64,000 bases of DNA from an uncultured Patescibacteria group bacterium (GTDB taxonomy: Bacteria > Patescibacteriota > Microgenomatia > UBA1400 > PJMF01), in assembly GCA_905478415.1 (NCBI GenBank), contig CAJQIG010000001.1, positions 309,892 to 373,891 on the forward strand. Direction: 5' to 3'. The notes under the pieces are model-generated. The model saw nothing but the letters and a program-made list of their open reading frames with translations, made no database searches and was not told the DNA's origin. The position numbers and the translations under genes were made by a program. Within the stretch, counting starts at the first letter, position 1. Every line of letters begins with the position of its first letter. This document shows positions 1-10,093 of this stretch, one piece after another.

Positions 1-503
1 TGAGCAACAAATCGCCCATTATAGACCGCAGTACCTTCGCATCGCTGAAAAATAATTTGACACAAACGTTCATTTGCATGAAGTACCAACGGATGAGGGC
101 TCAGGTTCGTAATCTCGAGTACTTGCCGATTACTGACCCCAGGCTGAATAAACCCAGCTGAAATATGAATTAATAATCCCAAGCGTGCAAACCGACTTCT
201 TCCTTCTAACCAACCACAAATATTGCTCGGTAAGGTTATCTTTTCTTTAGTGATTCCCAAAACTGTCTCATGTGGTTGCACCGTCAGTTTCTCTGTAATA
301 ATACTTTCAGTTATATCCATGTAGTCTGTAGCTTCTTGAAGATCGACTGCAGTAGTTTTCTCTGTACTAAAAACTCGAAACTCATTTGCCAAATGCAGAT
401 CGACTGAAGCCACACTAATTTGATCTTCAGATACAGGAGGATCCATTACAATAGTGCCCTGTTTCAACTCCTTTTGAATCTCGTCATGCGTGAGTACTGC
501 CAT
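1..503 (-). CDS. dcd: dCTP deaminase (3' end runs off window)
   Basis: Not in ORF track; translated by hand from ATG at 503: MAVLTHDEIQKELKQGTIVMDPPVSEDQISVASVDLHL...ICGWLEGRSRFARLG, typical dCTP deaminase motifs. Confidence 0.9.
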   Translation of the reverse strand, partial: MAVLTHDEIQKELKQGTIVMDPPVSEDQISVASVDLHLANEFRVFSTEKTTAVDLQEATDYMDITESIITEKLTVQPHETVLGITKEKITLPSNICGWLEGRSRFARLGLLIHISAGFIQPGVSNRQVLEITNLSPHPLVLHANERLCQIIFQRCEGTAVYNGRFVA

Positions 504-584
504 GTTGCCTTTCTCTCTATTTGTTTGGTAAGTATAATCTGGCTATGATATAAAGAAAAGATACATACACGAAAAATCTTACTC

Positions 585-1352
585 ATGAAAAAAAGCCCCT
601 TCCTCCAAACTGGCCTGAAAGCCGTCAAAGTAGCTGAAAAAATAATCACTGAATACTTCAACACCTCTCTAGTAATCGACAGTAAACATGATGGTTCTCC
701 CGTCACCATTGCTGATAAGGAAGCTGAAGCTATAATTCGACAAATTATTACCAATGCCTTTCCCACCCATGGATTTATTGGCGAAGAGTATGGCAGTTCT
801 AACAGAACACACGAATATACCTGGGTTATAGATCCTATTGATGGCACAAAAAATTACTCTCGAGGTATCCCGCTCTTTGCAACAGAACTGGCTCTCTTTA
901 AGAGAGATGAACTTATACTTGGAATTTCAAACGCTCCCATGCAAAAAAAACTCCTGCATGCAGAAAAAGGAACAGGAGCGTATCTAAACGAAACTACAAA
1001 ACTTTCTGTCAGCACAATCTCTAAAGTCAGTGATGCCTATATCAGTGTGGGCAGTGTTAAGTACTTTAGCAAAACAGAAAAATACAATAAACTGGCTGAA
1101 ATAAATGAGGCTTGCTCTGCTATGAAAGGTTTTGGTGACACGTGGAGTTATCATTTTATAGCTGAAGGCAAACTTGATGCTATTCTCGAAGCAAAAACTA
1201 ACATCTGGGATGTGGCTGCCATGGCGGTTATTATTGAGGAGGCAGGGGGGACCGTCACTGATCTTGAGGGAAATCCGCTGAGTACCACTTCGGCATCTGC
1301 CCTTGCTACAAATGGATTACTTCACTCCCAACTATTAACTCTTTTACAGTAA
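585..1352 (+). CDS. Inositol monophosphatase family / histidinol-phosphatase HisN-like
   Basis: PVTIAD, GEE, WVIDPIDGTKNY and WDVAA..IIEEAGG motifs. Confidence 0.92.
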   Translation: MKKSPFLQTGLKAVKVAEKIITEYFNTSLVIDSKHDGSPVTIADKEAEAIIRQIITNAFPTHGFIGEEYGSSNRTHEYTWVIDPIDGTKNYSRGIPLFATELALFKRDELILGISNAPMQKKLLHAEKGTGAYLNETTKLSVSTISKVSDAYISVGSVKYFSKTEKYNKLAEINEACSAMKGFGDTWSYHFIAEGKLDAILEAKTNIWDVAAMAVIIEEAGGTVTDLEGNPLSTTSASALATNGLLHSQLLTLLQ

Positions 1353-1382
1353 GCACGTTTTGCAATTTCTTATCCTATAATA

Positions 1383-1411
1383 TTGACACATGTTTCTTTT
1401 TTTGATATAAT
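1383..1411 (+). promoter_or_regulatory. Consensus sigma70 promoter
   Basis: TTGACA(1383-1388)-17 nt-TATAAT(1406-1411). Confidence 0.85.
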
Positions 1412-1510
1412 ATATAGTATAGCGTATTGCTCACTGCGAGCATTTTGCTTTTTAAAACCTTATATAATAACAATATTTTTAAAGTTTCATAACTTTAAAG
1501 GAGCTAGAAC

Positions 1511-1915
1511 ATGAGTGTGTTAGCCTTTTCTTTTGGTGGAAATGAGTGGACAGTGCCATATGAAGAACTCATTGAAAAAATGAGGATCTTGTTACCAACA
1601 ACTCCTCCCACTTTACTGGCTGTAGCCAGAAGGGCAGGAACCTATTCTTTTGAGAATATGAATATTTCTGGTCTTGCTGCATTAGATGTTGAGATGCTTA
1701 TAAAATTGACACAGTCAATAGTGGCAACACCAAAACACCCCTTTATTGGAGAAGATGCCTTCTGCCCCTGTTGCGGACAGAAGTTGGACAATCTGACAAC
1801 AGGCATCTATGTAATAGAAAAGCATCGAAACCAGAAGTCAGTCTGCAACCTCTGCCTTCCTTTTATGGAAAAAAAAGGTTGGCGATTTGGCATGCAAGCC
1901 AAAAGTGTTTTATAA
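1511..1915 (+). CDS. Hypothetical protein with C-terminal putative zinc finger
   Basis: AAGGAG RBS; CPCCG...CNLC; own promoter and terminator. Confidence 0.75.
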   Translation: MSVLAFSFGGNEWTVPYEELIEKMRILLPTTPPTLLAVARRAGTYSFENMNISGLAALDVEMLIKLTQSIVATPKHPFIGEDAFCPCCGQKLDNLTTGIYVIEKHRNQKSVCNLCLPFMEKKGWRFGMQAKSVL

Positions 1916-1927
1916 GGATTATCTAGT

Positions 1928-1957
1928 AAAGCCTCGAATTATTTCGGGGCTTTTTTT
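1928..1957 (+). terminator. Intrinsic terminator
   Basis: aaagcctcgaa-ttat-ttcggggctttttttt hairpin plus T-tract between convergent genes. Confidence 0.8.
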
Positions 1958-1975
1958 GTAGTAAAAATAAAATAT

Positions 1976-2326
1976 CTATTTTTTCAACACTGCAATCTTC
2001 AAATCTGGAGTTAGCTCCAAAACACCTTCCCCAAAAAGTCGCCAAAGAATATCTTTACTTTCTGGATCACCATCGTTGACCCCCATATGTAAAAAAAGCT
2101 CGTGAATATTCCATTTTCTATCTGGTTGACTCTGGGTAACTGCTCTCATAGCAGCCTCTTTTTCTTCGGAACTTTCTGGCCTTACTAAAGGCTCTCCACT
2201 TAACAGAGAAAGAAATGTAAATGGATCTAAAATGGCAGTAGGATTTTCTTGCATTAGAGTTACTAGCACCTCCTGCAACTCAACCGGATCTCTTTTTTTC
2301 AGTGATTCAACTTGTTCAAGTAACAT
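1976..2326 (-). CDS. Hypothetical protein
   Basis: 116 aa ORF with AAGGAGG RBS; C-terminus possibly winged-helix-like. Confidence 0.65.
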   Translation of the reverse strand: MLLEQVESLKKRDPVELQEVLVTLMQENPTAILDPFTFLSLLSGEPLVRPESSEEKEAAMRAVTQSQPDRKWNIHELFLHMGVNDGDPESKDILWRLFGEGVLELTPDLKIAVLKK

Positions 2327-2373
2327 ACTTTTCCTCCTTCATCACTATTTATAGTACATAGAGTATACATTAT

Positions 2374-4800
2374 TCAGTTACTTGCCATCTCACCAGCTAC
2401 TTCCTTCAATAACCCTAGTGCCTGCTCTTTTGCGCTTGCTTTTACTTCTTCGGAATACTCAGGGTCAACAGTAATAAGTGCTAAAGAAGCAAGAATAGTT
2501 GAAAAACGAACATGCATCAGTTTTATCTTTGCTTTATGCAAGAACTGAGCTTCAACTTGAGTGTTTATTGCTTCGATAGATAACTCAGGAGAAGCCTCAC
2601 GTGCAGCAGCTACAGCTGCACGCACATGCTGCCATTCATGACGTTCTCGTATCGTGAGGCGTTTCGCCCCTCCTGGAGAAGAATCAAGCGCAACACCTCG
2701 AGAAGCTTGTGGTGAACATCCCGTAAAAAAACTAAGACCAATATGATCTTTAAAAATGGTATCAAAATGCCCAATGCTCGAAATTTGGTCTGTCCCCCCC
2801 TCTAAAACAGTAGCAACTTGTGAATAAAAAGTACGTAGTGAAGCAACAATTTCAGGAGCATTTAAACTATCAAGAACTTGTAGTAATCCTGCTGACTGCT
2901 GACACATTTTGGTGTCATCGTCAGAAAATGAGTATAGCGCTTGTAATTTTTTAAATATTTTATTTTGCTCCCCTACAACTGGACCTGATAGCAAGTCCTG
3001 AGTCTGAATATTAAGTACCTTCTGAATTACTTTTTTTAACCTTTCAACTCTCGTGAGAGCGAGTGGTTTTTTTTCTAAGAGTACATTGAGAAATTCGTCT
3101 AGGTTGGCACTGCTGGTCTTATCTGGAAGAGACATATTTGTAATAAAGTTTCGAATCAGCTTTCCTAAGTCTGTCCCTGTCGGGAACAATGAAATAGTTA
3201 AGTCGCCCACTTTGGGATCAACACAGTTAAACACAGTGGTTTCATTCAAACCCGCAATTGCAGTAGCAATTAAAGCTGACTGTGAGGGACTCAACGTTCC
3301 CTTCCTACCAACTTTAAACAGCTGTGCTAAGTCAGTAGAAAAAGCAACTCCAGTGGTACTCATCATTTGTGCTAAGTAACCTTCATCGTCATGTGCACGA
3401 TATATTGTTTTGGGTTGTTCCGGAGTAATCTCAGAAGCAACAAGGTCAATGCCAAGAGGGGCAAGTTGTTTGTGTAGTTTATACAAAATATACTGGCCTT
3501 GTTTCTCTGAGCAGTGAAAATGGTTGAAAACAACTTTTACTTGTTGTAGTTTTTTTTCTTCGTTTTCGATTAAAATGAGCTTGCAAATAGCTCCTTTAGC
3601 ACTAAACTCTTCGAGCTCGAGTTGTTCGGCACTATCTTGATTTGTGGTAACTTTAATCTCAAAGATCGGTTGTCGAGAATATTGATCTTCTCCGTCACGA
3701 TTCCGAATTGCGTTTTCAATCGATCTATTCAGTCTATCTCGCAATTGATTTCTTGCAATTTCTGAAGTGCTGTCAGCATTGAGTTCTGCTAATAACTCAA
3801 CAACTGGAACAGAAACGGGAGCCTTTCCCAGAAGCCTGGCTGGAGTTGCATCATCAGAGTACCCAAAGGCCATCCTGTCACCATCTCTGCGTGCACTAAT
3901 TTTCGGTGATTGAGAAGTTACTAATGCTCGAAATGCGCGAACTGGACCCCAGTCTTTTTGGCCAATTCTTGATGAATTAACTTCGTATACTGATTGTGAA
4001 TTTAAAATTTCTATAAACTGAGCTAACGTACCCGAGCGTACAGATTCGTCTGAGTATAGTTGCTCATAGGTGAAATCCTGCTGAATCCCTAATAAATCTC
4101 TCATCTCAGGAGTATCTCTGAGTTTATAAAACATCACCTGTGCAGCAACTTCCATATCAAAATATGCTTCGTACAATCCTTCTGTAACAGTACCTAGTAA
4201 ATCTCTTGGATTCCCAGAAAATGCTTTTTCAGATTCTTCTGGATTTATTTTGACATCTGACTCATAAAACCAGCTACCACTTACTCCGACCATTGTCTTA
4301 TCTCTGTCAAGATTGAACTCTAACTTTGCTTGTTTTTTTTCTTCATCAGTCGTAGCTTTAACAAGCTTTCTTTTATACTCCTGAATAGCCTCTTCTAAAC
4401 CAAACCGCATGTAGTTTGAGAAAAATGCGCCAGAAAAGCGTCTTCGAATCCGAGTGGCTATCTGCTCATCCCCTGGAGTATTTTCAGTTCTTGAAAAAAT
4501 GTGCTTAACCGAATCAGTAGCCGTGGCAAAAAAATCTTTGGAGGTAATAAGCAACCTTGATAAAGCTGGACCCGAACTGACAATTTTTGATAACCCAATC
4601 CTTTTCTGCCAAGCAACATCATCAAGCTTAACAGCAGCTGCAGCAACTTCCCCAACAGTAAGCGATGACGTTACTAACTCGGCTGTGCCCTCAATATCTG
4701 GAAGTTGGTCCGGCTGTGGAGCATACAAAAAAATGGTCTCATGATCTTTTAATCTAGAAGATCTCAAAGCAAATACTTGGGTAGTGTCGTGTTCGGGCAT
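2374..4800 (-). CDS. Large hypothetical protein (808 aa)
   Basis: Long ORF, no recognised family. Confidence 0.8.
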   Translation of the reverse strand: MPEHDTTQVFALRSSRLKDHETIFLYAPQPDQLPDIEGTAELVTSSLTVGEVAAAAVKLDDVAWQKRIGLSKIVSSGPALSRLLITSKDFFATATDSVKHIFSRTENTPGDEQIATRIRRRFSGAFFSNYMRFGLEEAIQEYKRKLVKATTDEEKKQAKLEFNLDRDKTMVGVSGSWFYESDVKINPEESEKAFSGNPRDLLGTVTEGLYEAYFDMEVAAQVMFYKLRDTPEMRDLLGIQQDFTYEQLYSDESVRSGTLAQFIEILNSQSVYEVNSSRIGQKDWGPVRAFRALVTSQSPKISARRDGDRMAFGYSDDATPARLLGKAPVSVPVVELLAELNADSTSEIARNQLRDRLNRSIENAIRNRDGEDQYSRQPIFEIKVTTNQDSAEQLELEEFSAKGAICKLILIENEEKKLQQVKVVFNHFHCSEKQGQYILYKLHKQLAPLGIDLVASEITPEQPKTIYRAHDDEGYLAQMMSTTGVAFSTDLAQLFKVGRKGTLSPSQSALIATAIAGLNETTVFNCVDPKVGDLTISLFPTGTDLGKLIRNFITNMSLPDKTSSANLDEFLNVLLEKKPLALTRVERLKKVIQKVLNIQTQDLLSGPVVGEQNKIFKKLQALYSFSDDDTKMCQQSAGLLQVLDSLNAPEIVASLRTFYSQVATVLEGGTDQISSIGHFDTIFKDHIGLSFFTGCSPQASRGVALDSSPGGAKRLTIRERHEWQHVRAAVAAAREASPELSIEAINTQVEAQFLHKAKIKLMHVRFSTILASLALITVDPEYSEEVKASAKEQALGLLKEVAGEMASN

Positions 4801-4958
4801 CTCTCTAGTAATACTATCAAAATATAAAAGTAAAAAACACTACTACGTACAAAAAAAATTAGGCTTTATTCTGAAAGGTCTCTACCTCACTCGTCTAAAG
4901 CTTTCTCATCAAAAACATCCCCTAAAGCAACTTTGATCATGTATACTACTAAGCATTC

Positions 4959-7226
4959 ATGAAAAAGATTCACCTTATCCTCAACTACATACTTACCCCT
5001 CTTGTTCTAGCAGCAATTTTCTTTGTCAGCTACGTTGCCTTGTTTTCTAACGATTCAATCCAAAATGTTGCCCAAGTGCAACAACTCTATGGCCAAAATG
5101 GTATCTGGCTTCTAGACGCGCTCCTATTGATCTTAGTTGTGCCAGTCGCACTCAGACTCATGGAGATTATTACTGGTGAAGTTGGTCTCGAACGTTTTAA
5201 ACGAATTGCTGCCATTAGTATCGGCATGACTACACTTAGTTTCGCAGCTCTTCAATTTATTGGGGCAATTGCTACCTCTTCTGCAGAAGGAGCAACTGTT
5301 GTTGTAGAAATCATTCAGCAAATGGCTCACTTCGCTCAACACGGGCAGCTCGAGCAGTATGGTCTTGTGGGTATGTTAACTTCCGATGCCTCCGGTCCTT
5401 GGAACTCGAGCATCTTTCCACTGATTATTCTTATTGTTTGGTTTATCCGCCGAAAACATGTTGGTATAGAAACTAAGCAACTTCATATACCTATGACTGT
5501 CCAGTGGATTTTATACGGTCAGCAATTTCTCTTTGGACTCGACCTGCAGTACACACTTCTAGAAATTATTTTGATGGGAATCACTGGCTCAATTTTTGTA
5601 TGGGGCATGGTTAGCTTTATGGTTTCTATGTTCAAAGAAGCAGAAAAGGCTGAAGAACAAGCTGCTCAATCAGTCACTGCAATCGATACAAATAAGAAAT
5701 CAAATAGCTATTCAAAAGCTATCACTGGCATTGCCCAAAAAGCATTTACTATTTTAACATTCAACCCACTCAACAAAAAAGTTGATTCAGCTGACTATAA
5801 AATTAAACAAAAAATGGGTGGCTTTGGAAATATTGGGAAAAGTTATGTACTTATGAATGCGCTCCAACTCACCATAGCTATGACTGTGGCTATGTTCGCA
5901 TTGGTTACTGCTATCCAATTCATTGCTGTTCAATTAAAGATGAGTGATGCTGAGGCTGCGCTTTTTGGAACTGCAGGACTCACCAGTGCCCCTGAAGCAT
6001 TTGTGGCTCTAGCAGTTGGCCCTTATATAAATGCCCTCTTACTTGTAGGAAGTAACATCATTGACGGCTGGATGTCTGCTATCGGTCAGATAGTACTCCT
6101 CAGCTATGCTGAAATTGTCAGTGCTGGAGCCATCTCTTCGATTCCACTCCATCCTGCTATCCGCTTCTTAACGTTCCTCTCATGGACTCAGGGGATGATT
6201 GTTTGGGCCGGACTCGGATTGTATGCTCACCGCATTAATAAGAGTCAACACAAACGACTGATCACACTTACTACTATCGGCTTCCTCATCCTCTCTATTG
6301 TCTATTACTTTGGCGGAGCTTGGTACAGTGCTCAGGCCTTAGGTTATGGGGCCGATTATGCCAAAGAAAGCCTTGTTTTTAGAACTCTCAGTAGTATTGT
6401 CAACTTCTTTGCTGATAGCCCTGCACAACAAGTTGCCCTGACTGCAAATATTGTCGGCCTTGGAGCTCTTGTCTTTTGGTGGTCAGGCATCTCTAAAAAA
6501 CTGGGTGCAATTATGCAACCAAGCGAAGATCGAGAAATTGATAGTAGCGTTATTGAACTCAAAACTAAGATTAACTCCCGCCTCAAACGAGAAGACCAAC
6601 AAGTCATTATTGTTCTTGATACTAGTTTGGACATGGACACAGCTGGATCTTTCTTTAAAAATAAGTGGATTGACCTCGTGTTCAGACAAGCTGCAGCACT
6701 GGGATTTGTACTGGATGACGACGGACATATTCCTGTTTTCATAACTCACGATGGGACAGTTGAAAAAAGCACTCACTTATTAACTCAAAAAAACGCGGAT
6801 AATTTTATCAAAAAATATGTTGGTCGAAAAACACAAGGCACTGTCCAATATACGCCAGTGCTCAAAAAAATATATGCAGATTATCAAAATACCTTAACCA
6901 AAGATCATGATCCTGTACTAGTGCTCTTTATAACCGCTGGTGGCGGGACAGATAAACAAACCACCATGGAACTCTTTATTCAGATGGAGGAGCGCCCTCT
7001 TTTCGTTCAATTTTTAGAAATTTATGGAAATACTCCTCACAAAAACACAAGTATTCTTAAAGAAATTGCAGAGCACCCAGGTAAAAGCATTGATAACTCT
7101 GGACTCTCTTCTCTACCACTATTCCGTTTAACTGATGCAAACCAAATTGTCGAAGAAGTACTTAATGAGTACCCTGAATACTTACAAAAAGCTGTAAAAC
7201 TAAATATACTTAAAAAAGCTGCCTAA
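4959..7226 (+). CDS. Polytopic membrane protein (CaCA/Na-Ca exchanger-like) fused to C-terminal vWA/TerF-like domain
   Basis: Many TM segments with GLTSAPE and GSNIID alpha-repeat-like motifs; C-terminal VIIVLDTS...LDDDG...PVLVLFIT.GG...FVQF...IDN. Confidence 0.65.
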   Translation: MKKIHLILNYILTPLVLAAIFFVSYVALFSNDSIQNVAQVQQLYGQNGIWLLDALLLILVVPVALRLMEIITGEVGLERFKRIAAISIGMTTLSFAALQFIGAIATSSAEGATVVVEIIQQMAHFAQHGQLEQYGLVGMLTSDASGPWNSSIFPLIILIVWFIRRKHVGIETKQLHIPMTVQWILYGQQFLFGLDLQYTLLEIILMGITGSIFVWGMVSFMVSMFKEAEKAEEQAAQSVTAIDTNKKSNSYSKAITGIAQKAFTILTFNPLNKKVDSADYKIKQKMGGFGNIGKSYVLMNALQLTIAMTVAMFALVTAIQFIAVQLKMSDAEAALFGTAGLTSAPEAFVALAVGPYINALLLVGSNIIDGWMSAIGQIVLLSYAEIVSAGAISSIPLHPAIRFLTFLSWTQGMIVWAGLGLYAHRINKSQHKRLITLTTIGFLILSIVYYFGGAWYSAQALGYGADYAKESLVFRTLSSIVNFFADSPAQQVALTANIVGLGALVFWWSGISKKLGAIMQPSEDREIDSSVIELKTKINSRLKREDQQVIIVLDTSLDMDTAGSFFKNKWIDLVFRQAAALGFVLDDDGHIPVFITHDGTVEKSTHLLTQKNADNFIKKYVGRKTQGTVQYTPVLKKIYADYQNTLTKDHDPVLVLFITAGGGTDKQTTMELFIQMEERPLFVQFLEIYGNTPHKNTSILKEIAEHPGKSIDNSGLSSLPLFRLTDANQIVEEVLNEYPEYLQKAVKLNILKKAA

Positions 7227-7292
7227 GATTAGTCCCTTTTTTCAAGTGAACGTACCTTGTAATCTAATCCTCATATCAGTTAGAATAGTATT

Positions 7293-8102
7293 GTGGACTT
7301 TTTTTTAACACTTTCCCCTATTACGCAAGCCTTTTTAGCAACACTCTTCACCTGGGGTGTCACCGCACTTGGAGCAGCTGGAGTGTTCTTATTCAAAACA
7401 ATTAACCCTAAAATTCTTAATGCCATGTTAGGCTTTGCGGCAGGAGTCATGATAGCAGCCAGCTTCTGGTCCCTCTTGGCTCCCTCAATTACTCTGAGTG
7501 AAGAACTCGGACAAACTCCTTGGGTTCCTCCGGCCGTGGGATTCTTGCTTGGTGGTATATTTCTATGGACGATGGATAAGCTCATCCCTCATCTCCACAT
7601 TGGACTCCCTATTAAACAAGCAGAGGGAGTCAAAACAAACTGGCGAAAAACCTTTCTGCTGTTCCTCGCAATTACCCTCCACAACATTCCTGAGGGACTC
7701 GCTATTGGAGTCGCCTTTGGCGCAGTTGCACATGGTATTCCCGGAGCCACTCTTGCTGGAGCTATGGCTCTAGCTTTTGGTATTGGAATTCAGAACTTCC
7801 CCGAAGGTTTTGCCGTTTCAATTCCCTTTAGACGCGAGGGTATGAGTAAATTTAAAAGTTTTATGTACGGACAATCGTCTGCAATTGTAGAGCCAATCGC
7901 AGCTGTTTTAGGGGCATTAGCTGTGATGACACTACGCCCCTTACTTCCCTATGCTCTTGCCTTCGCAGCTGGTGCTATGATCTACGTTACTATCGAAGAA
8001 ATTATTCCAGAAGCCCAAAACCATGGACATGCAGACATTGCAACCACTGGGGCTATGATTGGGTTTACTATCATGATGATCCTAGATGTAGCACTTGGAT
8101 AA
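7293..8102 (+). CDS. ZIP family zinc/metal transporter (ZupT/GufA-like)
   Basis: LGFAAGVM, HNIPEGLAIG and QNFPEG motifs; GTG start. Confidence 0.95.
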   Translation: MDFFLTLSPITQAFLATLFTWGVTALGAAGVFLFKTINPKILNAMLGFAAGVMIAASFWSLLAPSITLSEELGQTPWVPPAVGFLLGGIFLWTMDKLIPHLHIGLPIKQAEGVKTNWRKTFLLFLAITLHNIPEGLAIGVAFGAVAHGIPGATLAGAMALAFGIGIQNFPEGFAVSIPFRREGMSKFKSFMYGQSSAIVEPIAAVLGALAVMTLRPLLPYALAFAAGAMIYVTIEEIIPEAQNHGHADIATTGAMIGFTIMMILDVALG

Positions 8103-8168
8103 AGTATCGCTACCTACACATCGGTGAAACCTTGAAAAAAATCACTGTTTCACTGACAATACAGCCCT

Positions 8169-8969
8169 ATGCACTTTGAAGCTATCACTCCCACCGAACC
8201 ATCTCAGTCCTTCCTTAAGTTTAGGTTTCTACTTGCTCAAGTAACCTGGTTTATTACCGAGAAGGCTACTAGGCTAGAATCACTCTCAAAAGAGAGCTTG
8301 GCTAACCTAGAGCAGGCAAACCAACTCTTAGAAACTCACTCGGGAGTCGTTTATCTCAATCACAGAGAAAAAAAAGATGCGGCACTCGCAATTGGGCTAG
8401 TTCTTAAATACCTCCCCAATGCTCATACCATGTTAGGACCTGCTGGACTGAAACACTTTGATAAAGACCGTGATCGCAGTAGTGCCATGTTATACAAATT
8501 GATTCGATACTTACATGTCTATGCACTACCAGTCTTTCAACATAATGACAAAATGCAAGATCGCTACTCTCCCGAAGAAATTGCCTTTATGAGCACCCAA
8601 CTCAGAGAACTTTCGAGTCTACTTATGGGAAATGCCCACACTATCTATGGTATTACACCAGAAGGTACTAGAAACGAAGATGGAATCTTAACCAAAGCTC
8701 GAACTGGACTAGGAAGACTTGAACAATACCACACCCCATCCGAAACATTTTACCTCCCCGTAGGACTTATCTACCCACCACATGCAGAAAAAAACACTAT
8801 CGAAGTTGGAAAACCCATTCTACTTCCAGATAGTATTGATTTTTCGACTCTGCCGCTACCAAACTCTACAGAAGATGCCCGACATCGAGCTGAGATGATC
8901 ACGGATGAATTGATGCGTTACCTAGCCCAACTACTACCTGAAGAAAGTAGAGGCTACTACGGGACCTAG
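8169..8969 (+). CDS. Lysophospholipid acyltransferase family (PlsC-like)
   Basis: NHxxxxD (NHREKKD) and PEGTR motifs. Confidence 0.75.
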   Translation: MHFEAITPTEPSQSFLKFRFLLAQVTWFITEKATRLESLSKESLANLEQANQLLETHSGVVYLNHREKKDAALAIGLVLKYLPNAHTMLGPAGLKHFDKDRDRSSAMLYKLIRYLHVYALPVFQHNDKMQDRYSPEEIAFMSTQLRELSSLLMGNAHTIYGITPEGTRNEDGILTKARTGLGRLEQYHTPSETFYLPVGLIYPPHAEKNTIEVGKPILLPDSIDFSTLPLPNSTEDARHRAEMITDELMRYLAQLLPEESRGYYGT

Positions 8970-8973
8970 GAAT

Positions 8974-9276
8974 TTATTTCTTTTTCTTGTCAATTTTATC
9001 GAGACCAAGACCTTTGACTCCATAATACACTACTAAAGCAATTACCAAAAAATCAATCAAAACTCCAATAAAACTTCCGAGCATAATGTCTACTGATCCA
9101 AGTGAAATAACCGCGGTACTCAGCCCACCGGTGGCACCCAAGATGACACCAAGAATTGGATTAATAATGTCAGTCACAAGCGAGGTTACAACCTTAGAAA
9201 CAGCGCCACCTAAAATAAAACCAGTTGCCAAACCCACGACACCTTGTTCTCTAATAAAATCCATAAAACCCTTCAT
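8974..9276 (-). CDS. mscL: Large-conductance mechanosensitive channel
   Basis: F..FI....VVGLA.GFILG.A...VVTSLV.DIINP...G.FI...IDF. Confidence 0.92.
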   Translation of the reverse strand: MKGFMDFIREQGVVGLATGFILGGAVSKVVTSLVTDIINPILGVILGATGGLSTAVISLGSVDIMLGSFIGVLIDFLVIALVVYYGVKGLGLDKIDKKKK

Positions 9277-9329
9277 AAAGGCCTTTCTCTCTAAGATACA
9301 CTATCTATAATTGTAGCATGCGCAAGTTA

Positions 9330-10013
9330 TCAGTCGACCCGCTGGCGCACTGTTTCAAGTATCGTATTCCTCGTCACCAGAGACCATCCATGAGACTCAG
9401 CCAGCTTTTTTAACTCATCTTGAGCTGGCTCATACAAAAAACCATGTGTGACTGCATCGAGCAAAGCTTCATCTCCAGAAGAATCGCCGAACCCGAATGA
9501 CACACTGTTTTGCTGTCTCTTGAGTAGATGAGCTATCTCTTTTGACTTTGCCGCCTCGTCAAGAATTTTTGTCACTCTCTGAGTATAAACACCATTCTTT
9601 ATTTCTATTGTTGAAGCAAAGCTCTTTACACCTAAATACTTAGCAATATGAGTCACAATTGGTTCAATCGAAGCCGAGACAATATAAACCTCAAACCCGC
9701 TCTTTTTAAGAAAAGAAAAAAGCTCAGAAACATAGGAAAATAGTTTCTGAGTTTGAAAAAATTCCTCTTGCCATTGCTTCACCTCAAGAACAGTGTGTCC
9801 GGCAACAACTTTTCCACTCAGTCGTACTGCTTCTGCAGTAGCTTGACCATAAGTAATCAGTCCTTGGCTATAATCAGCAAGGAGCGCCTCAGCCATAGCC
9901 TTATCTTCTTTTTGAATCAGCCCCCTTGGAATAGCGTATCCAAATAAGAAATCGACCATTGAGTAGCCATCATATAAAGTTTTATCTAAATCAAAAAAAG
10001 CAAGTGTGTTCAT
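9330..10013 (-). CDS. HAD-IB family hydrolase (SerB-like)
   Basis: FFDLDKTL, VSAS and GDSSGD motifs; start moved to ATG at 10013. Confidence 0.9.
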   Translation of the reverse strand: MNTLAFFDLDKTLYDGYSMVDFLFGYAIPRGLIQKEDKAMAEALLADYSQGLITYGQATAEAVRLSGKVVAGHTVLEVKQWQEEFFQTQKLFSYVSELFSFLKKSGFEVYIVSASIEPIVTHIAKYLGVKSFASTIEIKNGVYTQRVTKILDEAAKSKEIAHLLKRQQNSVSFGFGDSSGDEALLDAVTHGFLYEPAQDELKKLAESHGWSLVTRNTILETVRQRVD

Positions 10014-10093
10014 ATGCGGAATTTTAGCATAGATAGTAATATGCCACCGTGAGACTTTTTGGTATACTGCAACCATTACCGAAAGGAGACCCT

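Noticed and set aside
464-847. 127 aa minus-strand ORF
   Set aside because: Overlaps the inositol monophosphatase gene and dcd; spurious.
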